Assembly: GCA_963793305.1 (NCBI GenBank)
Contig: CAWBZV010000005.1
Location: 544,001 to 608,000 of the forward strand
Direction of reading: 5' to 3'
DNA length: 64,000 nt
Source: an uncultured Gemmatimonadales bacterium
Lineage (GTDB): Bacteria; Gemmatimonadota; Gemmatimonadetes; Gemmatimonadales; Gemmatimonadaceae
Below, piece after piece: positions 41,845 to 52,043 of this stretch. A model generated the notes under the pieces. The model saw only the letters and a list, made by a program, of their open reading frames with translations. It did no database searches and was not told where the DNA came from. A program made the translations under genes and the position numbers. Numbering within the stretch: position 1 is the stretch's first letter; every line of letters begins with the position of its first letter.

Positions 41845-42564
41845 ATGTTCGCATTACCTACCGCTGGTGTTCTCACTCTCAGCCTGCTCGCGTTCGCCAC
41901 CACGCCGCTCCGCGGTCAACCCAGCGTGAGACCGGGGGACGCTGTGCCGCTCGACTCCACGACTGCCTTAACGCCGATCAATGCGCGTGTGGTCTGGGTC
42001 GACTACCGGGGCCGGCGGGCGCTCCACCTGGCTCCGCGGGAGGGACACGAACACGATACCGACCAGCACATGCTGGCGGTGCTCGATCAGACTGACTTCC
42101 ACAACGGCGTGATCGAGGTCGATGTCGCGGGACAGCGGCGCGCAGGCTACTCGACCCGCTCGGATACGCTGGGCTACAAAGGGATGATCGGCGTGACGTT
42201 TCGCCTGCGCGGGGACAGCGGGGAGCGGATCTATGTGCGTCCGCACAATGCTCGCCTCACGGACCAGCTGTATCGGAATTACGCGACGCAATACGAGTCG
42301 ACGCCGGAGTACCCCTTCGATCGACTGCGCCACGAGAGTCCGGGTGTGTACGAGTCGTACGTCGATCTCGAGCCTGGCATGTGGACGAGGCTCACGATCG
42401 AGGTCTCAGGAACGGACGCGCGCCTCTATGTGAACGGCGCAGCGCAACCCTGTCTCATCGTGCATGATCTCAAGCTGGGTGACACGCGCGGAAGGATCGC
42501 ATTGTGGTCGCGGATCAGCACCGACGCGTACTTCTCGAATTTGCGTGTCGCACGGAAGCCATGA
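41845..42564 (+). CDS. exported hypothetical protein, concanavalin/DUF1080-like beta-sandwich
   Basis: Signal peptide; DFHNGVIEVDVAG, IYVRP, YESYVDLEPG and AYFSNLRV. Confidence 0.65.
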   Translation: MFALPTAGVLTLSLLAFATTPLRGQPSVRPGDAVPLDSTTALTPINARVVWVDYRGRRALHLAPREGHEHDTDQHMLAVLDQTDFHNGVIEVDVAGQRRAGYSTRSDTLGYKGMIGVTFRLRGDSGERIYVRPHNARLTDQLYRNYATQYESTPEYPFDRLRHESPGVYESYVDLEPGMWTRLTIEVSGTDARLYVNGAAQPCLIVHDLKLGDTRGRIALWSRISTDAYFSNLRVARKP

Positions 42565-42579
42565 CGCGACAATCAGGGT

Positions 42580-42597
42580 GTCTAGAATGAATCAAAC
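42580..42597 (-). promoter_or_regulatory. 18-bp motif copy GTTTGATTCATTCTAGAC (no same-strand gene directly downstream)
   Basis: 16/18 identical to the copy at 41778; divergent from araC2. Confidence 0.6.
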
Positions 42598-42679
42598 ATC
42601 GAGAATACGGCCCCGCTGGATGTCGGTTTATCCCAGCTCCGGGCGCAGTCGTCACCGGCTATGGTGCAATGGGCTCACC

Positions 42680-42704
42680 AATCCACAAATTAGGGTTGTG
42701 GATT
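42680..42704. promoter_or_regulatory. inverted repeat AATCCACAA-N7-TTGTGGATT upstream of araC2
   Basis: Perfect 9-bp arms in an AT-rich promoter region, 54 nt before the ATG. Confidence 0.55.
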
Positions 42705-42757
42705 CCATTTTATATGACAAGTGGGGCAGCGTTGCGGCGCTGCAAGTGGAGTGATCA

Positions 42758-43684
42758 ATGTCGCGATATGAGGCCAGGCCCCGTCTCTCCCGGGGCGAGC
42801 ACTACGGTCGCGTCGTCACACATCGCGAGACGGCGGGACTGCGGCTGACCGAGCTGCATCACACGCGCGCGGAGCTCTTGCCGGAGCACACGCACGAGTG
42901 TGCGCACTTTTGGCTCCTCCTCTCGGGTGCGTTCCAAGATCACTTCGGGTCGAAGGTGCGTCCGTATCGACCGTTCTCGTTCGGCTACTACCCCGGCGAG
43001 CTCGAGCAGCAGGACGAGTTTGGCCGAGATGGCGCGCGATTCTTTACGATTGAGCTCGACGCGCACTGGGCGCAGATGGTTGCGGATCTGAACCGTCCCC
43101 TGAGCGCTGAGCCGGCCGATGTGCACGACACGCTCGCCTTTCGGGCGATGCTGCAGCTGCACAGCAGATTCCTCCACGCCCGTGACGGCGGCTATGACGT
43201 GGACTGCCTCGCCGCGGAGTCGCTGACCGCGGAGCTCATCGGCTACGCGTTCGAACCGCGCAGTCGTTCTCAGCAGCGGCAGCCGCGCTGGTTGAGTCCG
43301 GTCATGCAGTTTCTCGATGAATACTATACCCGCCCGTTCCGCATCAGCACGCTGGCGGCTTGCGCAGGCGTCCACCCGGTGCATCTGGCGCGTGTCTTCC
43401 GGGAGGTGCACCGGTGCAGTATCGCCCAATATCAGACGGCGTTGCGCATCCGACGCGCCTGTTCGTTGCTCGGCGTGTCAGATCTCACGCTGAGTCAGAT
43501 TGCGCTGCAGACGGGATTCGCCGATCAGAGCCATTTTACGCGTGCCTTCACTGCGACGACCGGTTGCCCACCTGGCGAGTTCCGGCGAACTGTTTTTCCA
43601 CGCGTTCGTGCGGACGAGCTTTCGGATTCGCTTCGGCACGTTCCGGACTACGACGATCGCGTGCGTACGAATCGGTCGGCGTAG
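42758..43684 (+). CDS. AraC-family transcriptional regulator, paralogue 2
   Basis: LPEHTHECAH, GVHPVHLARVFR and LSQIALQTGFADQSHFTRAF. Confidence 0.95.
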   Translation: MSRYEARPRLSRGEHYGRVVTHRETAGLRLTELHHTRAELLPEHTHECAHFWLLLSGAFQDHFGSKVRPYRPFSFGYYPGELEQQDEFGRDGARFFTIELDAHWAQMVADLNRPLSAEPADVHDTLAFRAMLQLHSRFLHARDGGYDVDCLAAESLTAELIGYAFEPRSRSQQRQPRWLSPVMQFLDEYYTRPFRISTLAACAGVHPVHLARVFREVHRCSIAQYQTALRIRRACSLLGVSDLTLSQIALQTGFADQSHFTRAFTATTGCPPGEFRRTVFPRVRADELSDSLRHVPDYDDRVRTNRSA

Positions 43685-43731
43685 GGGCTCAGGGCGGGCA
43701 TCGCGCGGGTGAGCGCGCCGTGACACTGCGG

Positions 43732-44178
43732 CTACTTCGCTCCGCTCGGTTGAGTCGATGCGGACGATGACGTTGATAGTCCGACGCTCAGTGCGATGGC
43801 GGCCGTCACCGCGGTGAGGATCGCGACGAGCGCAATCGTCTTGCCACTCGAAATCTTTCGCTGCTCCGTGACGGCGATGTCGGACACGGGAATGGTCACG
43901 ATTTCGCCAGTCCACGGCGCTTCCGTGCCATCGAGCAGCGTCGTGCGCATCATGGATAGGGTCACCGTCGACGTATCGACGGTGCGAAGGCGGCCCGCCA
44001 CCATTCGTACTTGCGTGCCGATCTGGTTGGCCAATGTCGTGCGCGCGTCCGGCGTGATTGTCATGCGGACCTCGTTGCCGGCTACGAGGCGCGCGCGAGG
44101 CACGTTGCCGTACTCGAAGCAGCTGGCCGTGAAGAGCACGAGCAGGAACGGCCCGTGGGGGCGAAAGCGTGAGAGCAT
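43732..44178 (-). CDS. hypothetical lipoprotein with C-terminal membrane helix, downstream of susD
   Basis: Lipobox FTASC; hydrophobic C-terminal segment. Confidence 0.65.
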   Translation of the reverse strand: MLSRFRPHGPFLLVLFTASCFEYGNVPRARLVAGNEVRMTITPDARTTLANQIGTQVRMVAGRLRTVDTSTVTLSMMRTTLLDGTEAPWTGEIVTIPVSDIAVTEQRKISSGKTIALVAILTAVTAAIALSVGLSTSSSASTQPSGAK

Positions 44179-44233
44179 CAGCGGGCGCCGCCGGCTCAGG
44201 ATCGAGCCGGCGGCCATACCAATCTCATCGGGG

Positions 44234-45833
44234 CTACCACGCCGCTGGTGACGACGAGTAGGTCAGGGTCGGGCATGCCGTCGGCTGATTGGCGTTCAGC
44301 GCGGTAGGACCGACGTTCGGTGTATTCGGGTCGGCGTTGATCGCCGTCAAACCATAGGGCAGCCGACCCGGGATGTTGCCACGCGTGACCGCTGACGAGG
44401 TGCTGGCCGGCGCGGCCGCGAGCCACGGGAAGCACGTGCGCTTATAGTCGTTGTACACCTCGGGTGTCGCGAAGAGGTCGATGTACTTCTCTTCGATAAT
44501 GTTCTGGAGCGTTGCCGCCACGGGCGGTTGCGCGGGGAACGTGCACTCGGACGAGCAGTTCTTGAGGCCGTCGAGCACATCCGCGCCGTAGGTTTCGTTC
44601 GAGCGCACTTTGTTCAACGCGGTTTGTGCGAGCCCGGCATTCCCGGTCTCGACCGCGGCCTCGGCGACGATCAACCAGGTTTCGGCGAAGGTCACGCCAG
44701 GTGAGTAGAATGACCCGTCGAAGTTGAAGAGGTTGAAGGCCGAGTTGCCTCCCCCATACGGCAACGCCGAGTTGTTCCCGGGTCGATTGCCCGTACACCC
44801 GGCGTCCGGCGCGAGCGCCGGGGCGGTGAGCACGCACGGTGCGCCGTTTCCATCGGAGAAGTAGAAGTTGAACCGCCCGTTGTCGATGTCGAGGCCACTG
44901 GCGATGCGGGCTTTCATGAGGTGGATAATTGCCGAGCCGGCGTTGATGTCCGCGCGGGCGCCCATGAACGCGAACCACCCGTTCGGGTTCAGCGCACCGT
45001 TGAAATACCAGTTCCAGTCGTCGTTTGGCGTCTGGATGCCTGCTTGTGCCTCAGTGAGCGCGAGGCCGTAGTTCGAATGCATCGACCGGTGCCATATCCA
45101 GGTAGAACCGGGCTTTCAGGGTATGCGCGACTGCGGCGTACACCGCTTTCAGCTGGCTCGCTGTCCGGCCCGTGTAAATGATCTCGGCCGTGCGGTTGAC
45201 TGAACTGGTGATCGGGCCGGAAGGGCCAATGTTCGGGCTGCCCTTCGTGACGTCGGCCGTGGCGCAATTGAGGTAGATCAGCGCACTGTCGAGCGTTGTC
45301 TCCACTTCCTTCAAGACCGTGATCTGGTCATCGTACTTGGGCGTGGGGAACGAGGTCGGATTGAACGCTTGGCTGTACGGGACGGCGCCCCAAATCGACG
45401 CGACCTCGCCGACGAGCATGGCCTCCCAGACCATCGCGATGCCCTTGAACAGCGAGTCGTGTTCGGCTTGTGCATACTGTTGGATGAGACGGGCATCGCC
45501 CGCTCCACCGCCACCTTCGTTGATCCCGGCGTAGAACGATGAATACGGACCGTCGGTACTCGTGGGTCCCACGACGTAGAGATCGTACCCCTGCTGCTGG
45601 CGCGCGACGCCAGCGGTCTGTTGCATGTACTCGCCCGTGAACCGGGCGAACTGCGAGGTGAATTGCTGTGCTTGCGCGGCCTCGAGGCCAACGTAGAGTG
45701 ACGTCGGGTCCTTGAGCTTCTGCACGGCGTTCGGGTTGTTGCCCCCGAGACTCGGGCCGGACAGGTAATCGTGGCACCCGGCAGCGCCGACAACGAGGGC
45801 AGCGCCGAGTGCGATCGCGAATGCAATGCGCAT
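44234..45833 (-). CDS. SusD/RagB-family nutrient-binding lipoprotein (apparent frameshift at ~45076)
   Basis: Lipobox AAGC, WGAVPYSQA, PKYDDQ, AHTLKARFYL, IIEEKYI, YNDYKRT and IPGRLPY. Confidence 0.88.
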
Positions 45834-45849
45834 GGGAGTCGATGTCCGG

Positions 45850-48800
45850 TCAGCGGTTGAGGGAAACGGTAATGACGTAGGAGCGATCCTGGGGAATGTT
45901 GAAGTAGTCGATCCCGCGGATCGGCGACGCCGAGCCCAAAATGCTGGTCTCTGGGTCGATGCCCTTGTACGACGTCCAGGTGTGGAGGTTGCGGCCGGAC
46001 AGTCGGAGCTCGATGCTCGAGAATAACGTCACGCGTTGGATCGCCGGCATGTCGAGCGTGTAGCCAACCGAGATCTCGCGCAGTTTGGCGAACCCGGACG
46101 GCTCCACGAAGAGCGCACTCGCGCCGCTGAAGACGCCGTCCGCTCCCTGGAACCAGTTCTGGTCGAGCGTGACGGACTTACCGGCACCCGGGCCGGCCAC
46201 AGGACCGGGCATGTAGCTCGACCCGTACACGACGCTCTTACCCCGAACGAGCGTGTTGGCCAATGTCCCGAACCAATTGAGCGCGCCCTCGGTGCCATTG
46301 TAGCTACTGCCACCGTTCTGGACGTCGAGCAGCGCCGTGATCGTGAATTTTTGCAGGTGAATGCCGGTGTGTACTGCGCCGATCCAGTTGCGGTTCGGAT
46401 CGCCGATGACGTACGAGGCCAATGCGTCGACTTGCGGCAACCCACTCGCGTCGAGGTACACGGAGCCGGGCTTCGCGCCTTTGCATTGACCCGCGGTCTG
46501 GTCGAGGTTCACACCATTGAGGTTCACGTTGTGACCGCAGCGCACGACGTCGGTACCGTAATAGACGCCGACCTGTTGTCCCACGATTGCCGCGCCGGTG
46601 ATACCACCCAGCCCACCGGTGCCGCCCATATTGACGAACTGCACGCCATTCGGCAGGCTCGTCACCTGGCTCCGGTTCCGCGACCAGTTTACGCCAACGT
46701 CCCAGGACAGCAGCTTCGTCTGGATCGGGCGCAGGTTCAGCGCGACCTCGAATCCGTGATTCCAGAGATCGGCGGCGTTTTGATACTGCTGTGTGTAGTT
46801 CGTGTAGGGTGAGACCGGCACGGGAAAGATCGCTCCGTCCGTGTTCTCCCGATAATACGAGAAGCTCACGTCCCCGAAGTTTTTGAGAAACCCGATGTCG
46901 GTCCCGATCTCGAACTCCTTCTGGCGCTCGGTTGCGAGGTTCGGGTTCGGCTCGATCGGTTGCGTGACCACACCACCTTGGCCGTTGATGCTGGCCGTGT
47001 TGATCGTGGTGAAGCCGTCGCCGAAGAGCGCCGACGCGAACGTATTGGAGAGCACGTAGGGCTGTGGTTGCGTACCGCTTTCGCCATACGCCGACCGCAG
47101 TTTCACGCTCGTCAGGATGTTGTTGTTGTTCTCGCCTTGGCGAATCAGCTGCCAGGCAGCGCTCACCTTGGGGAACAAGCTGAACTGCTGATTCACGCCG
47201 AACGTCGAGGCGCCGTCATCGCGCAAGGCGCCGGTGAGCGTGAGTTGGTGGAACAGGCTCGCCTGGGCCTGGCCGAAGAACGAGGCCAGGCGGACCGCCG
47301 ACGTATACGCGAACGGTGATTGGACGAGGGAGCCGTTCGTGACCACCAATGGCGCCGGCGACGCGAGGGCATTGACCTGGGTCGCCTCGGTGTTGAACTG
47401 CTTCACGTTCTCGTTGTTGCCGACGGTGAGCGACCCATCGAAGTTGCTGGAGAACGAGTGCGTCGCGGTCGCCGTGAGGGTCTGATCGATCGACCACTGT
47501 TTCACGAAGCCTTGATTGACGAAGCCTTGCGCGATCGAAGCATTTGTTGGAACGAATCCCGCGCTTCCGGAGGCCGACCACGGCTCGGTGAACAGTCGCT
47601 CGTCGTTCGAGTAGTCCGCGCCAATGTTCTCGCTGAACTTGAGCCACGAGAGCGCCTGGTAATCGGCCGTGATGTTGCCGAACGTGCGCGCCACGTTTGA
47701 CGTGTTCTTCTCGTTGTTGGCCACGAAGAACGGATTGTCGTACACGCGCGAGATGTAGTCCGTCCCGGGCGCGGGATTTTCGAAGCGCGTCGATACGGGT
47801 TCGCCGTCCGGCGCGAGGTAGGCGGCGTTGTTGAACGTCGCCGGCGTGCGCCACGCGCCCAGGAGGAGGCTCGAGAGGCTGTTACTGCTCTCGACATACG
47901 CCCCGTTCGAACGTCGAGAACGCGATGTTCGCCGACAGGCGGAGGTCCGAGTTGACCTGATGCGCGCCGTTGAACCGGAGGGCGGTGCGGGCGTAACCAT
48001 CGTTCGGCCCGATGAGCATGCCCCGGTTGTCGTTGTATGCGCCGGACACGTAGAACGTCGTCCGCTCGTTGCCGCCGGACGCGGTGATGGCCTCGTCGTA
48101 GACGTGGCCGGTCGTGAACATGTTGTTGTAGTTGTTATAAATCGGCGTGCCGGCCTGGATGGTATCGCCCCAGGATGCGCCACGGCCGGGCGGCGCACAA
48201 TTGATGATGCCGGCGCATGAATACGTCGCGCCACCGGTGCCGAGGTTGTACAGCGTCTGGTGCGCCGGGAGGTTCCCGACATTGTCCCATGACGTCGAGC
48301 TCTTGGCCGAGTAGTGCGTTTGGCCGGCGCGGCCCCGTTTCGTCGTGATGAGAATGACGCCCTGGCCGGCCCGCGATCCGTAAATCGCGCCCGCCGAGGG
48401 ACCTTTCAGAATCTCGACGTTCTCGATGTCGTCGGGATTGATGTCGAGCGCGCGATTGGGTTGCTGCGGGCCTCCGTTGGCGGCCGCCGTCATACCGGGC
48501 GCGAAGCCCGGGGTCTGCTCGATCGAGTTGTCGACCGGGAGGCCGTCGACCACGATGAGCGGCTGACCGTCGGACGCGGTCAGGGTCGTGAGGCCACGGA
48601 GCTGGATGTACGTCGAGACGCCCGGCTGGCCGGAGCTGGACGACACTTCCACTCCAGGCGCCTTGGCGGCGAGCGCGGTGATCACATTCGACTCGTTGCT
48701 GCGTTGAATCTCGTCGGGCGCGACCGTGCTGCGCGCCGTCCCGAGTTGCTCCACCGTCTGCTGCGTGCCCTGGCCGGTGACGACCACTGTGCCCAATTGG

Positions 48801-49156
48801 AAGGGATTGAGGGCGAGTGTGAAGTTCTGGGTGATCGGACCACCGGTGAGTGTCACCGGCGCGGCGGCGCTCGTATAGCCAACCAAACGCACCGTCAGCG
48901 TGACCGCCTGTCCCGCGAGCCGAGCGGCCGGAATGACCAGAGTGTAGTGGCCGTCACCCCGGGTGGTGGCGCTCACGTTCATCGTTTGGATGAACACATT
49001 CGCGTCGGACAGGGGTATGCCGTTGTTGCTCGTCACCAGTCCGGTGATGGTGGCCGGTGCTTGAGCCGTGGCGCGATGGGGCAGCGCCAAGGCGAGCGCG
49101 GCGGCGACCGCACGCACCGTCCTCTGGGAGAGCGCCCTACTTCGCTGACTGGACAT
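45850..49156 (-). CDS. SusC/RagA-family TonB-dependent receptor (apparent frameshift at ~47910)
   Basis: Carboxypeptidase-like N-domain, QPLIVVDG, DINPDDIENVEILKGPSAGAIYGSRAGQGVILITTKRG, FPKVSAAW, GRNLHTWT and GIDPE. Confidence 0.93.
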
Positions 49157-49312
49157 AGGTCTCATGACACCTCGCGGGTGGGGGATGTCTTGGCGATCTC
49201 TCCGCGACCCAACGCTACGGACACCTACTATGGAAATAGTTGGGACAGGGAATCGCTATCACATCCGTAATGCAAAGTGGACCAAACGATGACAACCCCG
49301 CGGGCGATACTC

Positions 49313-49350
49313 TTGAACAAACCCAACATGCGGTTGAACAAACCCAACAT
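49313..49350 (-). repeat. exact 17-bp direct repeat TTGAACAAACCCAACAT x2 with 4-bp spacer, equal to two tandem motif copies (49310-49327, 49331-49348)
   Basis: Read directly from the sequence; 21-bp period; upstream of susC. Confidence 0.85.
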
Positions 49351-49363
49351 CACGCGCGGGGCA

Positions 49364-49381
49364 GTTGTGTTCGTTCAAGAC
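49364..49381 (+). promoter_or_regulatory. 18-bp motif copy GTTGTGTTCGTTCAAGAC
   Basis: Divergent partner of the susC tandem site. Confidence 0.77.
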
Positions 49382-49438
49382 ACCATGCTGCTCCTCCGTA
49401 GCATTCGATAGATGCAGCCCGCGTTACGGTAGAGTCCC

Positions 49439-50503
49439 GTGCATCCACTCCATCACGCGACGCTCCTCACAGGGTTGTTGGCGGGTCTCCATGCGAGCGT
49501 CTGTCCTCCGGTGCACGCGCAGTCGGTGTCGTCGATCGATGGGACGTGGGTGGGTGTACTGAGTAGCAGCCGGGATACGGCGTATACCGTCGTCTCGATT
49601 GACGAAGACAAGAATGGGACCAGACGCGTCGCGTGGAATCGCCCGATCGGCGGGCCCGATCCATTCGACAGCGGCGCGTCCGGGCGCGCCGATGCCGACT
49701 CGCTCTGGCTGCCGCTTCGAGAATCGGTCGGTTGGTTTCACCTGGCTGGCGATCGTCTGCGCGCGTCGCCGCGTCGGGCCAGTGCGGTGGAGCTCCGCCG
49801 GGTGCGCTACCTCGCCGACAGCGACGCGGTGGCGTACGGTGGTGCGTACCGGCTCACGGACGGGAGCGGAGATATCGTTGTCGCGACATTTCTCGGTCGC
49901 GTCGCGTTCTTCGACGCGAGAGATGGCCGGAGCGCACGGCTGAATCCAGACGGGCCCGACGCGTTCACGAACGGACCCGGCGCCATCGTGCACGTTCCGG
50001 TCGAAGCCCGTTGGATGTTCCGTGGCGGCGAGGCGGGCGATGTTCGCGCGCTGCGCATTCTCGCCACGAACGGTGCGGTCACCACGGCCACGCGGGACAC
50101 GTCGTATCGGAGCGAGATGGTGTCGTATCCCAGCGGCGGCCTATCGATCGCCGGGACACTCCGGACGCCGCGCGAGGGTCATCCTCGCCCGGCGATTCTC
50201 TTGATCTCGGGGTCGGGGCCGTCGACGGAGGTGCGCCAGGTGATCGCAGCACATCGCGCGTGGGCCCAACGCCTGCAGGCGGAAGGGCGTCTCGTGTCCG
50301 CGGACAAGTTGACGGATGATGACGGCCGTTCCGTTCCGGCCGCGCCGACCACTCCCGCCGTCTCCGCCACCCCGACCGCGCGCCTCGGCGGATTCTACAT
50401 CATTCGCGCCCGCGACTACGATGAGGCGGTCCACATCGCGAACGACGGTCCGACTGTCAAGTACGGCGGCCGGGTGCAGGTGCGGATGATCGACAAAGTC
50501 TGA
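49439..50503 (+). CDS. chimeric ORF: N-terminal part of an exported alpha/beta hydrolase fused to a YciI-like domain
   Basis: IAGTLRTP...PAILLISGSGPS runs directly into HRAWAQRL...LGGFYIIRARDYDEAVHIA...GRVQVR. No GxSxG nucleophile segment follows. Confidence 0.65.
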   Translation: MHPLHHATLLTGLLAGLHASVCPPVHAQSVSSIDGTWVGVLSSSRDTAYTVVSIDEDKNGTRRVAWNRPIGGPDPFDSGASGRADADSLWLPLRESVGWFHLAGDRLRASPRRASAVELRRVRYLADSDAVAYGGAYRLTDGSGDIVVATFLGRVAFFDARDGRSARLNPDGPDAFTNGPGAIVHVPVEARWMFRGGEAGDVRALRILATNGAVTTATRDTSYRSEMVSYPSGGLSIAGTLRTPREGHPRPAILLISGSGPSTEVRQVIAAHRAWAQRLQAEGRLVSADKLTDDDGRSVPAAPTTPAVSATPTARLGGFYIIRARDYDEAVHIANDGPTVKYGGRVQVRMIDKV

Positions 50504-50553
50504 GACCTCGCCGGGTACAATGACCGCCGATTCGCCGGCGGTGCGGCCAGCGT

Positions 50554-50571
50554 GTTGCGTTCGTTCTAGAA
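50554..50571 (+). promoter_or_regulatory. 18-bp motif copy GTTGCGTTCGTTCTAGAA
   Basis: In-frame ATG of the M16 peptidase ORF 27 nt downstream. Confidence 0.77.
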
Positions 50572-50648
50572 ATCGCCAGCCGCATCGAATAAGTGATATG
50601 GCTGGCCAACCAGCTGGCCACCTGGGTTCTGATTCGCGAGGAGTGATC

Positions 50649-52043
50649 GTGCGTCATCTGCTGCGATTCCTGAGCGTCGTCATTCTAGCGGGTTGTGGCG
50701 CGTCAGCGGCCGGGACGAAGGCGGCGTCATCGGCCACGGCGTTCCACCTCCCGGCCCAGTATCGAACGCTCCCCAATGGCCTTCGCGTCGTCCTCTCGCC
50801 GGACCACACGGCGCCGATCGTCACCGTCGCCGTGTACTATCACATCGGGTTTCGCATCGAGCCGCGCGGCCGCACGGGGTTCGCGCACCTGTTCGAGCAT
50901 CTCATGTTCCAGGGCTCGGAGCACCTCGGCAAGTTGGCATTCATCAAGCTCGTCGAGGCGAATGGCGGCTCCCTCAACGGCTCGACGCGATTCGACTTCA
51001 CGAACTACTACGAGACGGTGCCGTCGAACACGCTCGAGACATTCCTGTGGGCCGAAGCCGATCGGATGCGATCGCTGGCGATCACGCAGGACAACCTCAC
51101 GAACCAGCAGGGGGTCGTGAAGAGCGAAGTCCGCGTCAACGTGATCAATACGCCATATGGGGGGTTCCCCTGGCTCGACATGCCCCAGTACGCGAATACC
51201 AATTGGTACAACGCACACAACTTCTATGGGGACCTGCACGATATCGACGCCGCCACACTGACGGATGCCGCCACGTTCCACCGCGCCTATTACGCGCCCA
51301 ACAACGCCGTGCTCGTCGTGTGGGGCGACCTGGACTCCGCGCAGACCTCGCGGTGGATCGACACGTACTTCGCATCCATCCCGCAAGGGCCCGCGGTATC
51401 ACGGCCCGATATCACGGAGCCGGTCCAGAACAAAGAGATCCACGCTCAGAAGACGGACTCGTTGGCGACGCGCCCGGCGCTGGCTTTTGCGTATCACATG
51501 CCGGCGCGGAACACCCCGGAGTACTTCGCGATGGGGCTCATCGACCAGATTCTGCTCCAGGGCAACGATTCGCGGCTGTATCAGGCACTCGTCCAACGAG
51601 CCGGCCTCACCGCCGACGTGACGGGCGGCATCAACCTCCTCGGCAACATGTTCGATTACGAGGGGCCAATGTTGTGGATCGCGTCGCTGTATCACGATCA
51701 GAACCACAGCGACGCCGAAATTCTGCATCTGGTCGATGCGACGATCGATTCGCTGTCGAACGTGCCCGTCGATCCCGCGACCGTGGCGCGCGCGGTGGTG
51801 AAAGCCCGCGCGCAGCTCTACGGCGCCATGACCCCCGGCTTCGGTGAGGGCGCGGCAGACATCCTGGCAAGCTACGCGCTGTTCGACAATGACCCCACCC
51901 GCGTCAATACCATCGACTCGTCCTTGAGCGCGGTCACGCCCGCCCTCATCCAACGCACCGCGCAAGAATATCTCCGAGTGACGAACCGCACCGTCCTCAG
52001 CATTCTTCCCGGGAAGACTGGCGATGCCACAGCTGTTCAGTAA
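50649..52043 (+). CDS. M16 family zinc peptidase, catalytic subunit, lipoprotein
   Basis: Lipobox LAGC, LPNGL, GFAHLFEHLMF (HxxEH), NGST and YYAPNNA. Alternative ATG at 50598. Confidence 0.93.
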   Translation: MRHLLRFLSVVILAGCGASAAGTKAASSATAFHLPAQYRTLPNGLRVVLSPDHTAPIVTVAVYYHIGFRIEPRGRTGFAHLFEHLMFQGSEHLGKLAFIKLVEANGGSLNGSTRFDFTNYYETVPSNTLETFLWAEADRMRSLAITQDNLTNQQGVVKSEVRVNVINTPYGGFPWLDMPQYANTNWYNAHNFYGDLHDIDAATLTDAATFHRAYYAPNNAVLVVWGDLDSAQTSRWIDTYFASIPQGPAVSRPDITEPVQNKEIHAQKTDSLATRPALAFAYHMPARNTPEYFAMGLIDQILLQGNDSRLYQALVQRAGLTADVTGGINLLGNMFDYEGPMLWIASLYHDQNHSDAEILHLVDATIDSLSNVPVDPATVARAVVKARAQLYGAMTPGFGEGAADILASYALFDNDPTRVNTIDSSLSAVTPALIQRTAQEYLRVTNRTVLSILPGKTGDATAVQ

